From Patescibacteria group bacterium (lineage in GTDB: Bacteria > Patescibacteriota > Patescibacteriia > UBA9570 > JAHJKD01), in the NCBI GenBank assembly GCA_041660885.1, contig JBAZVM010000004.1:22423-86422 (forward strand): DNA of 64,000 bases, read 5' to 3'. Positions 54,533-64,000 of the stretch are shown piece after piece. How positions within the stretch are numbered: the first letter of the stretch is position 1; each line of letters opens with the position of its first letter. The notes under the pieces are model-generated. The model did not search any database and was not told the origin of the DNA. It saw only the letters and a list, made by a program, of their open reading frames with translations. The translations under genes were made by a program, and so were the position numbers.

Positions 54533-56014
54533 TTAACAACCGCATTTATTATCGTTTAAACGCATTTTTTCATTGGCGTCTATAACCGCTTTGGTCACTT
54601 CCTTGGTGGGATATTTTCCGGTAAAGCAGGCGGTGCAATAATTCTTGGAAAGCGCTTTGGGTACGCGAACCGCTTTTAGCATGTCTTCCACGGTTTGATA
54701 GATTAAAAAATCCGCGCCCATGAATTTTCTGATTTCTTCGTGCGATTTTGTGTTCGCGATCAATTCGGCTCTGGTGGGAATGTCCACCCCGTATAAACAA
54801 GGGCTGACTACCGGAGGTGAAGCTGAAGCAAAATATACTTTTCTCGCGCCGGCGTCGCGCAGCATTTGCACTATTTCTTTTCCCGTGGTTCCGCGCACGA
54901 TGGAATCGTCCACCAACAATACATTCTTTCTTTTAATTTCCAAAGGCTGCGGATTTAATTTATATTTCACGGATTTTTTTCTTCGTTCTTGGCCCGGCAT
55001 TATAAAGGTGCGGCCGATAAAATGATTTTTCACTAATCCTTCCCTATACTTTACGCCTAATTCATGCGCCAAGGCCAAAGCCGCGGTGTTGGAAGTGGAA
55101 GGAGCGGGAATCACCACGTCTATTTTTAACTTTTTCTGTAAATTTTTTATACGCCGTCCGAGCATCTGCCCCATTCTTAAACGCGCCTTGTAAACGGAAA
55201 CGTTATTTTCCATGGAATCCGGACGAGCAAAATAAACATATTCAAATATGCACGGGCGTAAATCCGGTTTGGCTATTTGTTTGGTGTGCACCTGATGTTT
55301 GTTATCGATAAAAATGCATTCGCCGGCGTTCACGTCTTTCACGTAATCCAAACCCATCATATAGAACATGACCGATTCCGAAGTGAATACGTATTCTTTG
55401 TTTTTTCCCGCTCCTCTGGCTCCAAAAATAAGCGGACGAATGCCGTGCGGATCGCGGAAGGCAAACATGCCCTGGCCCGCGATAATGCCGATCACGGAAT
55501 AAGCCCCTTTGCATCTTTTATAAACCATTTCCACGGCTTTGAATATTTTTTCTGGCAAATGATTATTTCTGTTGCGTCCGATCTGCTTAGCCAACTCTTT
55601 GGCAAACACGGCCAAAATCACTTCCAAATCGCAACCGGAATTAACTTGCCATAAATCTTTTTCAAACAACTCTTTTTTAAGCTCCAAATAATTGGAAAGA
55701 TTGCCATTATGCGCCATGGAAATGCCATAGGGTGATTGCACGTAAAAAGGCTGGGCGTCTTTGGCGTCACCGCTGCCCACGGTGGCGTAGCGGATATGGC
55801 CGATGCCTATATTGCCGGGCAAGCGCTGAATGGACCCCGGATGAAAAATGTCGCGCACAAAACCCAAGCCTTTTTTCAGATGAAAGCCGTTTTTATCGTA
55901 GGTGGCGATGCCGCAAGCGTCGTGCCCGCGGTGCTGAAGGGTAATTAAACCATCATAAACTTCCGGCGCGACGTTCCTTCCATCCGTGCCGTAGAGCCCA
56001 AATATTCCACACAT
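54533..56014 (-). CDS. purF: amidophosphoribosyltransferase
   Basis: N-terminal nucleophile MCGIFG and PRTase motif VLLVDDSIVRGTT. Confidence 0.95.
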   Translation of the reverse strand: MCGIFGLYGTDGRNVAPEVYDGLITLQHRGHDACGIATYDKNGFHLKKGLGFVRDIFHPGSIQRLPGNIGIGHIRYATVGSGDAKDAQPFYVQSPYGISMAHNGNLSNYLELKKELFEKDLWQVNSGCDLEVILAVFAKELAKQIGRNRNNHLPEKIFKAVEMVYKRCKGAYSVIGIIAGQGMFAFRDPHGIRPLIFGARGAGKNKEYVFTSESVMFYMMGLDYVKDVNAGECIFIDNKHQVHTKQIAKPDLRPCIFEYVYFARPDSMENNVSVYKARLRMGQMLGRRIKNLQKKLKIDVVIPAPSTSNTAALALAHELGVKYREGLVKNHFIGRTFIMPGQERRKKSVKYKLNPQPLEIKRKNVLLVDDSIVRGTTGKEIVQMLRDAGARKVYFASASPPVVSPCLYGVDIPTRAELIANTKSHEEIRKFMGADFLIYQTVEDMLKAVRVPKALSKNYCTACFTGKYPTKEVTKAVIDANEKMRLNDNKCGC

Positions 56015-56025
56015 ATTTTATTAGG

Positions 56026-57369
56026 TTATCTTAATAATTTAGTTAGATGGGCGGATAAGCCGGTGTATAAAGCCGGCGATAATTTTTGCAATTTTTGTTT
56101 TTCGCTTTTTGGCAAATCCAAACTATCGATAAACAAAGACATAGATTCTTTGGTAATTTCTTGGCCCCTGGTCAGTTCCTTTAATTTTTCATACGGAGCT
56201 TCCACCTGATATTTTCTAAGTACTGTTTGTATGGCTTCGGCTAAAACCTCCCAATGTTTATTAAGTTCTGTCGCGCATGTTTCTTTATCCACTTCCACTC
56301 TGTCTAAAGCCTTTAAAGTATTTTTATAAGCCAATATACTATAAGATACGGCCGACCCCTGATTACGCAAAACCGTAGAATCGGTTAAATCTCTTTGCAT
56401 TCTGGAAACGGGCAACTTATCGCTTAAGAAACTCAAGATTGCATTGGCCATACCCGCGTTGCCTTCGCTATTTTCAAAAAATATGGGATTAATTTTATGC
56501 GGCATGGCGGATGATCCGATTTCTCCTTTTTTATTTTGCTGTTTAAATATACCGCGCGAGATATACAGCCACATGTCTTGGTCTAAATCTCTTACTATAT
56601 TATTGATTCTTCTGACGGCATCATAGGTTTCAGCCAAGCTATCGTGATTTTCTATTTGCGTGGTAAGAAAATTAGGTTCCAAGCCAAGGGAAGTAACGAA
56701 TTTTCTTGAAAAATTCAGCCAATTTACATTGGGGCAAGCAACTGTATGGGCAGCCCAATTGCCAGTGGCTCCGCTGAATTTTCCCTGTAATTTTATGGTT
56801 TTTAAATTTTTAATCTGCCTGTTTAAGCGAGAAGCAAAAACCGCCAGTTCTTTGCCAATAGTGGTGGGAGTGGCTGGTTGGCCATGGGTTAATGCCAATA
56901 AAGAAACGCTTCTATATTTTGTTGCTAATTCCTTAAGCTTTTTCTGTAATTTTATAATGGTCGGCAATAAAACATTATTTATGCCGTCTTTCAGCATTAA
57001 AGAATAAGCCAAGTTATTAATATCTTCGGAAGTTAGAGCAAAGTGAACAAATTCGGAGTTTACTTTTGACTTTATAAAATATTCTACGGCTTTTACATCG
57101 TGATTGGTGGTTTTTTCTATTTCTTTGATTTTTTTGGCATCGGCTTCTGTAAAATTTTCGTAAATTTTTGCCAGCTTGTTTTTATCGGAAGAAGAAAGCT
57201 TTAATTCTTTAATGCCTTTTTCTTTGGATAAAGCGAGTAAATATAAAACCTCTATCTTTACCCGGTATTTCATCAGCGCCATTTCGCTGTAATAGGCGGC
57301 CAGCTCTTCCAAGTTCTTTCTGTAGCGGCCGTCTAGCGGGGAGATAGAGGTTAAAGTGTTTAATGCCAT
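56026..57369 (-). CDS. purB: adenylosuccinate lyase
   Basis: Fumarate-lyase signature GSSAMPHKINP. Confidence 0.95.
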   Translation of the reverse strand: MALNTLTSISPLDGRYRKNLEELAAYYSEMALMKYRVKIEVLYLLALSKEKGIKELKLSSSDKNKLAKIYENFTEADAKKIKEIEKTTNHDVKAVEYFIKSKVNSEFVHFALTSEDINNLAYSLMLKDGINNVLLPTIIKLQKKLKELATKYRSVSLLALTHGQPATPTTIGKELAVFASRLNRQIKNLKTIKLQGKFSGATGNWAAHTVACPNVNWLNFSRKFVTSLGLEPNFLTTQIENHDSLAETYDAVRRINNIVRDLDQDMWLYISRGIFKQQNKKGEIGSSAMPHKINPIFFENSEGNAGMANAILSFLSDKLPVSRMQRDLTDSTVLRNQGSAVSYSILAYKNTLKALDRVEVDKETCATELNKHWEVLAEAIQTVLRKYQVEAPYEKLKELTRGQEITKESMSLFIDSLDLPKSEKQKLQKLSPALYTGLSAHLTKLLR

Positions 57370-57407
57370 TTATTGGTTGTTTTTCTTTATCTATTAGGTG
57401 CCTAGAT

Positions 57408-57416
57408 ATTATAACA
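57408..57416 (-). promoter_or_regulatory. possible internal extended -10 promoter before purB
   Basis: TGTTATAAT on the minus strand, in the 55-nt purE-purB gap. Confidence 0.35.
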
Positions 57417-57424
57417 GATTTTTT

Positions 57425-57817
57425 CTAATTGTCCAATATTTTCTGTGCGCCCAAGGCGGCATTGGCTGGATCAATAACTGTCAGCACTGGAGTCTTTGAG
57501 GGCATCATCAAAGTGGAGTTGATGTTGATGATAAAATCTTCCTTAGTTTTAAAAGGCGGGCAAGCGATAACTGGCTGTTTAGCATTGGCCGCGCAAAACC
57601 CGGAAAGCGCGTTGCTGCGTCCGGCTACGGTAATATAGCAAATTTTATCTTTGCTTTTATTGTTTTTCTCTAGAATAGCCAAAACTTTCTTTGGATCTTT
57701 ATGCGCCGAAGCTACATGTTCTTCGTGCTTTACTTTAAGATTGTTTAATTCTTTAGTAATTTTCTCTACAAATTCTTTATCCGAGCTTGAACCCATGATA
57801 ATGATGGCTTTTTTCAT
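57425..57817 (-). CDS. purE: AIR carboxylase/mutase PurE-family protein (short, 130 aa)
   Basis: IIIMGSSSD and VAGRSNALSG motifs. Confidence 0.8.
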   Translation of the reverse strand: MKKAIIIMGSSSDKEFVEKITKELNNLKVKHEEHVASAHKDPKKVLAILEKNNKSKDKICYITVAGRSNALSGFCAANAKQPVIACPPFKTKEDFIININSTLMMPSKTPVLTVIDPANAALGAQKILDN

Positions 57818-58785
57818 ATTTTGTATTTTGCTAAATTATTTATTATTCTATCGCGTACGGGAATTTTGGCATCCGGAAATTGAAACTGCTTGCTAGTAAT
57901 CATTTCATATAACTGAATGTAGCGGCTGGATAATTCCACCACCAATTCTTCCGGGGCTTGGGGTAGAACTTTATCTTTATAAGGATCACAGTGATCAACA
58001 AACCAAAGGCGTAAAAATTCCTTATCAATATTTTCCGGCTCTTCGCCTTTATTATACCTTTCTTCATAAGTGGCCGCAATCCAATAGCGAGAAGAATCCG
58101 GCGTGTGCACTTCGTCTATCAAAAGCACATTACCATTTTCGTCTTCGCCAAATTCATATTTGGTATCTACTAATATTAAACCGTTTTTCATGGCAATTTC
58201 CTGACCGCGTTTGAATATGGTTAAAGCAGCGCTGGCTATTTTATTCCATTTCTCTTCCGCCACTATTTTTCTGGTTACAATATCTTTGGCTGATATTTTT
58301 TCATCATGTTTATCGGATTTTGTAGTGGGTGTAATAATGGGTTCTGAAAATTTTTGGTTTTTCTTCATGCCTTCGGGCAGAACATTGCCGCAAAAATTCC
58401 TCTCCCCGTTTTTATATGCCATCCAAGCCGAAGTATCCGTGCTGCCCGTGATATATCCGCGCACCACTACTTCCACGGGAAATACCTTGCACTTTTTGGA
58501 AACCATAACATTCGGATCCGGCACTTCTAACATAGCGTTTCCAATAATATCTTTGGTTTCATTAAACCAAAACTCGGAAACTTGATTCAACACCTGTCCT
58601 TTAAAGGGCACGGAAGCCAAAATTCTATCGAAAGCCGATTGTCTGTCGGTCGTTACCAATATTAATTTATCCGGCTGTTCGTAAGTATCGCGCACCTTTC
58701 CTTTTTTAAAATTGCCCAAATCAGAAAAATTAGTTTCGGTAAGACAATTTTTTAGATTCGCTTTGATTATTTCTTTTTTGTTCAT
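57814..58785 (-). CDS. purC: SAICAR synthetase (long form)
   Basis: GKVRDTY, LILVDTKYEFG and HTPDSSRYW motifs. Confidence 0.9.
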   Translation of the reverse strand: MNKKEIIKANLKNCLTETNFSDLGNFKKGKVRDTYEQPDKLILVTTDRQSAFDRILASVPFKGQVLNQVSEFWFNETKDIIGNAMLEVPDPNVMVSKKCKVFPVEVVVRGYITGSTDTSAWMAYKNGERNFCGNVLPEGMKKNQKFSEPIITPTTKSDKHDEKISAKDIVTRKIVAEEKWNKIASAALTIFKRGQEIAMKNGLILVDTKYEFGEDENGNVLLIDEVHTPDSSRYWIAATYEERYNKGEEPENIDKEFLRLWFVDHCDPYKDKVLPQAPEELVVELSSRYIQLYEMITSKQFQFPDAKIPVRDRIINNLAKYKI

Positions 58786-58806
58786 AATATTATTATATAC
58801 TTCTAA

Positions 58807-60315
58807 TTATATATCGTCATCAGCTGTTGATGAAACTGCTTGGTCAAAATCAATAAGATACACTCGAGGCGGCTTTGTTAAGTCGATTTGCCCATCTTCA
58901 GTTCTTTCAAAGACCAGGCAAAAATTACCTGCGTGAAGATGACCATGTCGTATATCTAATTCAGATAAAGCACCTATAAGACTATCTATTTGATTGTCAA
59001 TTTGTAATTTGTAAAGTCCTGTAATCCTTCTCCATGTTGCAACGTTTATTCCTAAAACCCTGGTAAACACTGAAACAACATTTTTTTTTAAATCTTTTAC
59101 TTCAGCCGCTACTCTAATTATCGGCTCAACAGGGATATAAGTAAATCCTTTTTCTTGCCAAAATTTCCAGTTTTCAAAAGCTTTTTGCCAAGCGAGGAAA
59201 GAAAGGAGGTGTATTCGCCGAATGATCACTCTGCTTTTTAATGATTTTTCCGGTTGTCCCGGCACCATATCCAACAGCATTGTTTCAGATCCGGTTTTGT
59301 TGAATCTTGCAGATAAAAATCTTTTATCTTCTATGTCTTCATACAGAGGAGTGCTGTTCGCCAATTCATCTAGATTAATGCTAGTTCTTTTTTGATAAGC
59401 AGCAACTAATTCGGACATATCCTGTTCTGCAATATTAGAATCTAATTTTAGACCCTTATCACTTACAATTAGTCTTTCTGACAAATCATCCCGTTTAGAC
59501 GGTGATAAGTTTATCTGTGCTGCCGCGCTTCGAACAGCGGAAATGGGATCATTTATAACTTTATTAATCAGCGCGTCATGCACGGCTTCAGGCGTATCGG
59601 GAATCATGTATACCGCATCCAACCGGACGCGAGGATTGGGATGATCCAGCCCCTTAGCAAGTAATGCGTCACCTTCGGCTTCAGATACATATGCAATTGA
59701 TTTTATTGTTTCCGAAGAAACATCTGGAGCATCTAATTCCTTATTGATTGCCGCAACTAGAAAATCGCCAAGCCGATCTTGTTCAGCTTGCGGCGCGAAG
59801 GCGATCATTCGAGCCGCATTTTCTCGGACAATTGGACTTGGATCATTTAATCCTATTTCAATCAGTCTGGTACGCTCTGCCTGAGGCGCTTTAAATATTA
59901 TACGAGCGGCGATACTTCGAATATAAGGACTTGAATGATGTAATCCTGCGTTAATCAAATTTGTACGCTTTGCTTCGGGTAAATACACTATGGATTTTAT
60001 TGCTTTTTGACTAATATCTTCATTATTACCATCTAATCCACACTGTATAACATCAATAAGCAAATCACACAAACAATTTTGATCTGCTTCAGAGGCCAAG
60101 GCGATCACGTCCAGAATGAACTCAATGCTATGAAGATCTCCTCTTTTAAATATACTGGGCAACAAACCTATCAACTTTTTTTTTGCTTTGTCGTATCTAT
60201 CAATATCCTCCTCATTGAGGGGCGGGAAACCAGGCACTTCATACATCGACCAGCATTCTCTTGGTAAAGAAGGGTGTTCCTTGCGAGCTAAAGTTCTTTC
60301 TGAAATTGGTTCCAT
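58807..60315 (-). CDS. HEAT-repeat protein fused to RIO/Kdo-kinase-like (probable pseudokinase) domain
   Basis: Four repeats: GLHHSSPYIRSIAARI, GLNDPSPIVRENAARM, GLDHPNPRVRLDAVYM, VINDPISAVRSAAAQI. The C-terminus has IRHGHLHAGNFCL and VYLIDFDQAV, matching the HGDLxxxN ... IDFxQA pattern but with His at the catalytic Asp position. Confidence 0.7.
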   Translation of the reverse strand: MEPISERTLARKEHPSLPRECWSMYEVPGFPPLNEEDIDRYDKAKKKLIGLLPSIFKRGDLHSIEFILDVIALASEADQNCLCDLLIDVIQCGLDGNNEDISQKAIKSIVYLPEAKRTNLINAGLHHSSPYIRSIAARIIFKAPQAERTRLIEIGLNDPSPIVRENAARMIAFAPQAEQDRLGDFLVAAINKELDAPDVSSETIKSIAYVSEAEGDALLAKGLDHPNPRVRLDAVYMIPDTPEAVHDALINKVINDPISAVRSAAAQINLSPSKRDDLSERLIVSDKGLKLDSNIAEQDMSELVAAYQKRTSINLDELANSTPLYEDIEDKRFLSARFNKTGSETMLLDMVPGQPEKSLKSRVIIRRIHLLSFLAWQKAFENWKFWQEKGFTYIPVEPIIRVAAEVKDLKKNVVSVFTRVLGINVATWRRITGLYKLQIDNQIDSLIGALSELDIRHGHLHAGNFCLVFERTEDGQIDLTKPPRVYLIDFDQAVSSTADDDI

Positions 60316-60324
60316 AAATACTTG

Positions 60325-61401
60325 CTAAGTAGATGCTTTTTCTATCGCTCTAGAAACAACATTCTTTAACCTCGCATCAAACGGCTTTGGTACCAAATAA
60401 TCGCGTTTTGGATGTCTAACTAAATTTGCTAAAGATTTGGTCGCAGCCATCTGCATCTTAAGGGTAATTTTTTTCGTACCTGCATCCAGAGCGCCGCGGA
60501 AAATATAAGGAAAGCCTAAAACATTATTGATTTGATTAGGATAATCGGAACGGCCCGTGGCGAAAATAATGTCCGGCCGAGATTTCATGGCCAGCTCATA
60601 TTTTATTTCCGGATTCGGATTGGCCAAGGCGAAAACCAACGGATCTTTGGCCATTGTTTTTATCATCTCTATTGTTAAAACATTAGCTACGGATAAACCC
60701 ATAAACACATCAGCGTCTTTTATATAATCTTCTAATTTATTTATGGTAAATTTATCCACTCGCTTCACATTTTCTTTTTTCACTCCCAGTTTTAAAAAAT
60801 AATCGTAGCAAGCTGTGCCTGCCGCGCCCATTCCGGAAAATATTATTTTTATTTTTTTAATATCTTTTTTAACAAGCTTTAAAGCATTCAATAAAGCCGC
60901 ACCCGCGATAATAGCTGTACCGTGCTGATCATCATGAAAAACGGGAATGTCTAATCTTTTCTGTAATTCTCTTTCAATGTAAAAACACTCTGGTGCTTTT
61001 ATATCTTCCAAATTAATTCCACCAAAACCAGTGGCAATTTTTGAAACTATTTCCACGAATTTCTTGGGATCTGTTTCGTCTACCTCGATATCTATGGCAT
61101 CAATATTCGCGAACTTTTTAAATAATACGGCTTTTCCTTCCATCACCGGCTTGCTTGCAGCCACGCCTATATTTCCCAAGCCTAAAACCGCGGTGCCGTT
61201 AGTAATAACCGCGACCGTATTTTTTTTATTAGTGTATTTATAAAGATTTTTTTTATTCTTTTTGATCTCTAGGCAAGGCAAAGCCACGCCCGGAGTATAG
61301 GCCATAGAAAGTTCTTTTTGCGTAGCGCACGGCTTTGTTACGGCCAAGCCCGTTTTCCCGCCAAGATGATATTTCAAAATTTCTTCCTTAGATATCTTCA
61401 T
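60325..61401 (-). CDS. NAD(P)-dependent malic enzyme (short form)
   Basis: AYTPGVA, NGTAVLGLGNIG and FSGMGAAGTA motifs. Start set at MKISKEE (ATG 61401). Confidence 0.85.
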   Translation of the reverse strand: MKISKEEILKYHLGGKTGLAVTKPCATQKELSMAYTPGVALPCLEIKKNKKNLYKYTNKKNTVAVITNGTAVLGLGNIGVAASKPVMEGKAVLFKKFANIDAIDIEVDETDPKKFVEIVSKIATGFGGINLEDIKAPECFYIERELQKRLDIPVFHDDQHGTAIIAGAALLNALKLVKKDIKKIKIIFSGMGAAGTACYDYFLKLGVKKENVKRVDKFTINKLEDYIKDADVFMGLSVANVLTIEMIKTMAKDPLVFALANPNPEIKYELAMKSRPDIIFATGRSDYPNQINNVLGFPYIFRGALDAGTKKITLKMQMAATKSLANLVRHPKRDYLVPKPFDARLKNVVSRAIEKAST

Positions 61402-61954
61402 GTAAAAATTGTTTAGTGATTTTTCTGGATTTTTTATAAACATCATGATAAATGCTTCTCCCCTGGCTATCCATAGTAACAATCAATGGCATGTCTTTCA
61501 CTTCCAGCTCGCAAATGGCATCGGCCATACCCAGCTTTTTCAAATAAATTTTTTTAATTTTCATGGCATTGGCGTAAACCACTCCAGCGCCGCCCACGGC
61601 CGCCAAATAAACGGTCTTTCCTTTCATGGCCTTTTTCACCGCGTCATCATCCATGCCGCCTTTTCCAATAAAAGCTTTGATGCCGTATTTTTGAATCAGC
61701 TTTATGCTTTTTAAACTAAAACGGGAACTGGTTGTTGGCCCGGCGGAAACCGGAATTGTTTTTCCTTTTTTTTCCAGAACAATGGGCCCGGCGTGATAAA
61801 TCACGCCATTTTTTATTTTAGAAAAATTATTTTTCAATAAATAATTATATGCTTGATCGCGCGCGGTAAAAATCGTGCCGGAGAGCAAAACTTGGTCCCC
61901 GACTTTTAATTTTTTTATCTGGTCTGATACTAATGGTGTGTGTAAATTAATCAT
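61388..61954 (-). CDS. Fe-S hydro-lyase beta subunit (class I fumarate hydratase / tartrate dehydratase type)
   Basis: GTIFTARDQAYN, IYHAGP and GKGGM motifs. ATGA start/stop overlap with the alpha subunit at 61951-61954. Confidence 0.8.
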   Translation of the reverse strand: MINLHTPLVSDQIKKLKVGDQVLLSGTIFTARDQAYNYLLKNNFSKIKNGVIYHAGPIVLEKKGKTIPVSAGPTTSSRFSLKSIKLIQKYGIKAFIGKGGMDDDAVKKAMKGKTVYLAAVGGAGVVYANAMKIKKIYLKKLGMADAICELEVKDMPLIVTMDSQGRSIYHDVYKKSRKITKQFLHEDI

Positions 61955-62787
61955 GACAATTTTAAAGTTCTTCTTCTTAATGCCCAACAGGTTAAAGAAA
62001 CGCCCACGAACATGGAAGCGGGGTGGCTGTAACGACCGCTAAATTTAACGCTTAGAGCTGTGGTGTTTCCGCCCAAACCTAAAGGGCCAATTTTTAACGC
62101 ATTAACTTTATTTAATAATTGTTTTTCAAATTGCGCGAACTTGGCGATTTTATTATGTTCGTTTAAATTTTTTAAGTGCCGGTTTTTCGCGCGGTAAGCG
62201 GCTTCCTCGATATTCCCGCAGACGGCCACGCCAATGATATAAGGCGGGCAGCCTTTGCCTTGCGCTTTATAAACTGCGTGCAACACCACTTTTTCCACGG
62301 AAGAAAGATCACGGCCCTTGGCGCCGATCTTCGGGTTGGGCAACTGGTAAACCGCGCTGACATTTTCCGAACCGCCGCCTTTAAGCAAAAGCGTAATTTG
62401 ATTTTTGTTGCTTTCCTTAAAATAAATTATGGGATAATTGCCAATGGCTTTGCCCGTGGCAAAATCAATGGCATTCGGTCGAAGTGGCACTTCTTTGGTG
62501 GCAATGTTGGTGGCGTCTTTGATCGCTCTCTTTAATTTTAAATGGGAATATTTTTTCCTTTGATATTGCACGTAAAACAAAGGAATGCCAGTGTCTTGGC
62601 ACAGAGGCCTTTTTTCCGATCGAGCTAATTTTATATTAGCGAGAATAGTACTCAAAACATTCTTGGCTTGGGGAGATTTTTCCTTTTTATATGCTGCTAG
62701 CAAAGCCTGCTCTACGTCTTTCGGCAGATTACAAGAAGTTTGCCGGTAGAGTTCGACTATTTGTTTTTTAATTTTCTGATAATTCAT
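61951..62787 (-). CDS. Fe-S hydro-lyase alpha subunit (class I fumarate hydratase / tartrate dehydratase type)
   Basis: LCQDTGIPLFYV and the GGGSEN motif. Confidence 0.8.
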   Translation of the reverse strand: MNYQKIKKQIVELYRQTSCNLPKDVEQALLAAYKKEKSPQAKNVLSTILANIKLARSEKRPLCQDTGIPLFYVQYQRKKYSHLKLKRAIKDATNIATKEVPLRPNAIDFATGKAIGNYPIIYFKESNKNQITLLLKGGGSENVSAVYQLPNPKIGAKGRDLSSVEKVVLHAVYKAQGKGCPPYIIGVAVCGNIEEAAYRAKNRHLKNLNEHNKIAKFAQFEKQLLNKVNALKIGPLGLGGNTTALSVKFSGRYSHPASMFVGVSLTCWALRRRTLKLS

Positions 62788-62790
62788 GTG

Positions 62791-64000
<1,210 letters not shown>

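Overview
The window is a densely packed, AT-rich bacterial chromosome segment. Its style includes short overlapping genes, few Shine-Dalgarno sequences, several apparently leaderless genes and a tRNA without encoded CCA. This is reminiscent of a streamlined Patescibacteria/CPR-like genome, but that is inference only. Most of it is housekeeping, all recognised from signature motifs in the ORF track: rsmA, tsaC, leuS, rsmI, comM, lspA, gmk, pnp, rpsO, RNase J, secG, pcrA, uvrC, uvrA, groES/groEL with a CIRCE operator, recA and ftsK. There is also one long minus-strand operon, purA, fumarase alpha/beta, malic enzyme, purC-E-B-F-D-N-H and guaA. Two tRNAs are present, Leu-CAG and initiator Met. I saw no rRNA, CRISPR array, transposase, integrase or reverse transcriptase.

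The best candidate for something new is an accessory island at about 24.3-32.9 kb, between pcrA and a C-terminally short uvrC.
- It encodes two paralogous Hanks-type Ser/Thr kinases with very large inserts in the N-lobe and a shared N-terminal module.
- It also encodes a PP2C phosphatase whose N-terminal extension shares a motif with a neighbouring orphan, and an acidic disordered protein.
- Two strikingly GC-rich small genes sit in it, each with a strong Shine-Dalgarno and a 3' stem-loop.

Those two GC-rich genes belong to a wider set of six dispersed GC-rich mini-loci: 3.8 kb, 12.2 kb, 24.4 kb, 30.1 kb and two at 38.2-38.8 kb next to tRNA-fMet. Four of the ORFs share SD and 3' stem-loop architecture that is unlike the native genes.

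Further phospho-signalling oddities are a PPP-like metallophosphatase operon (16.4-17.9 kb) and a HEAT-repeat/RIO-Kdo-like pseudokinase inserted in the purine operon (58.8-60.3 kb). All motif coordinates were counted by hand. No database search or folding was possible.
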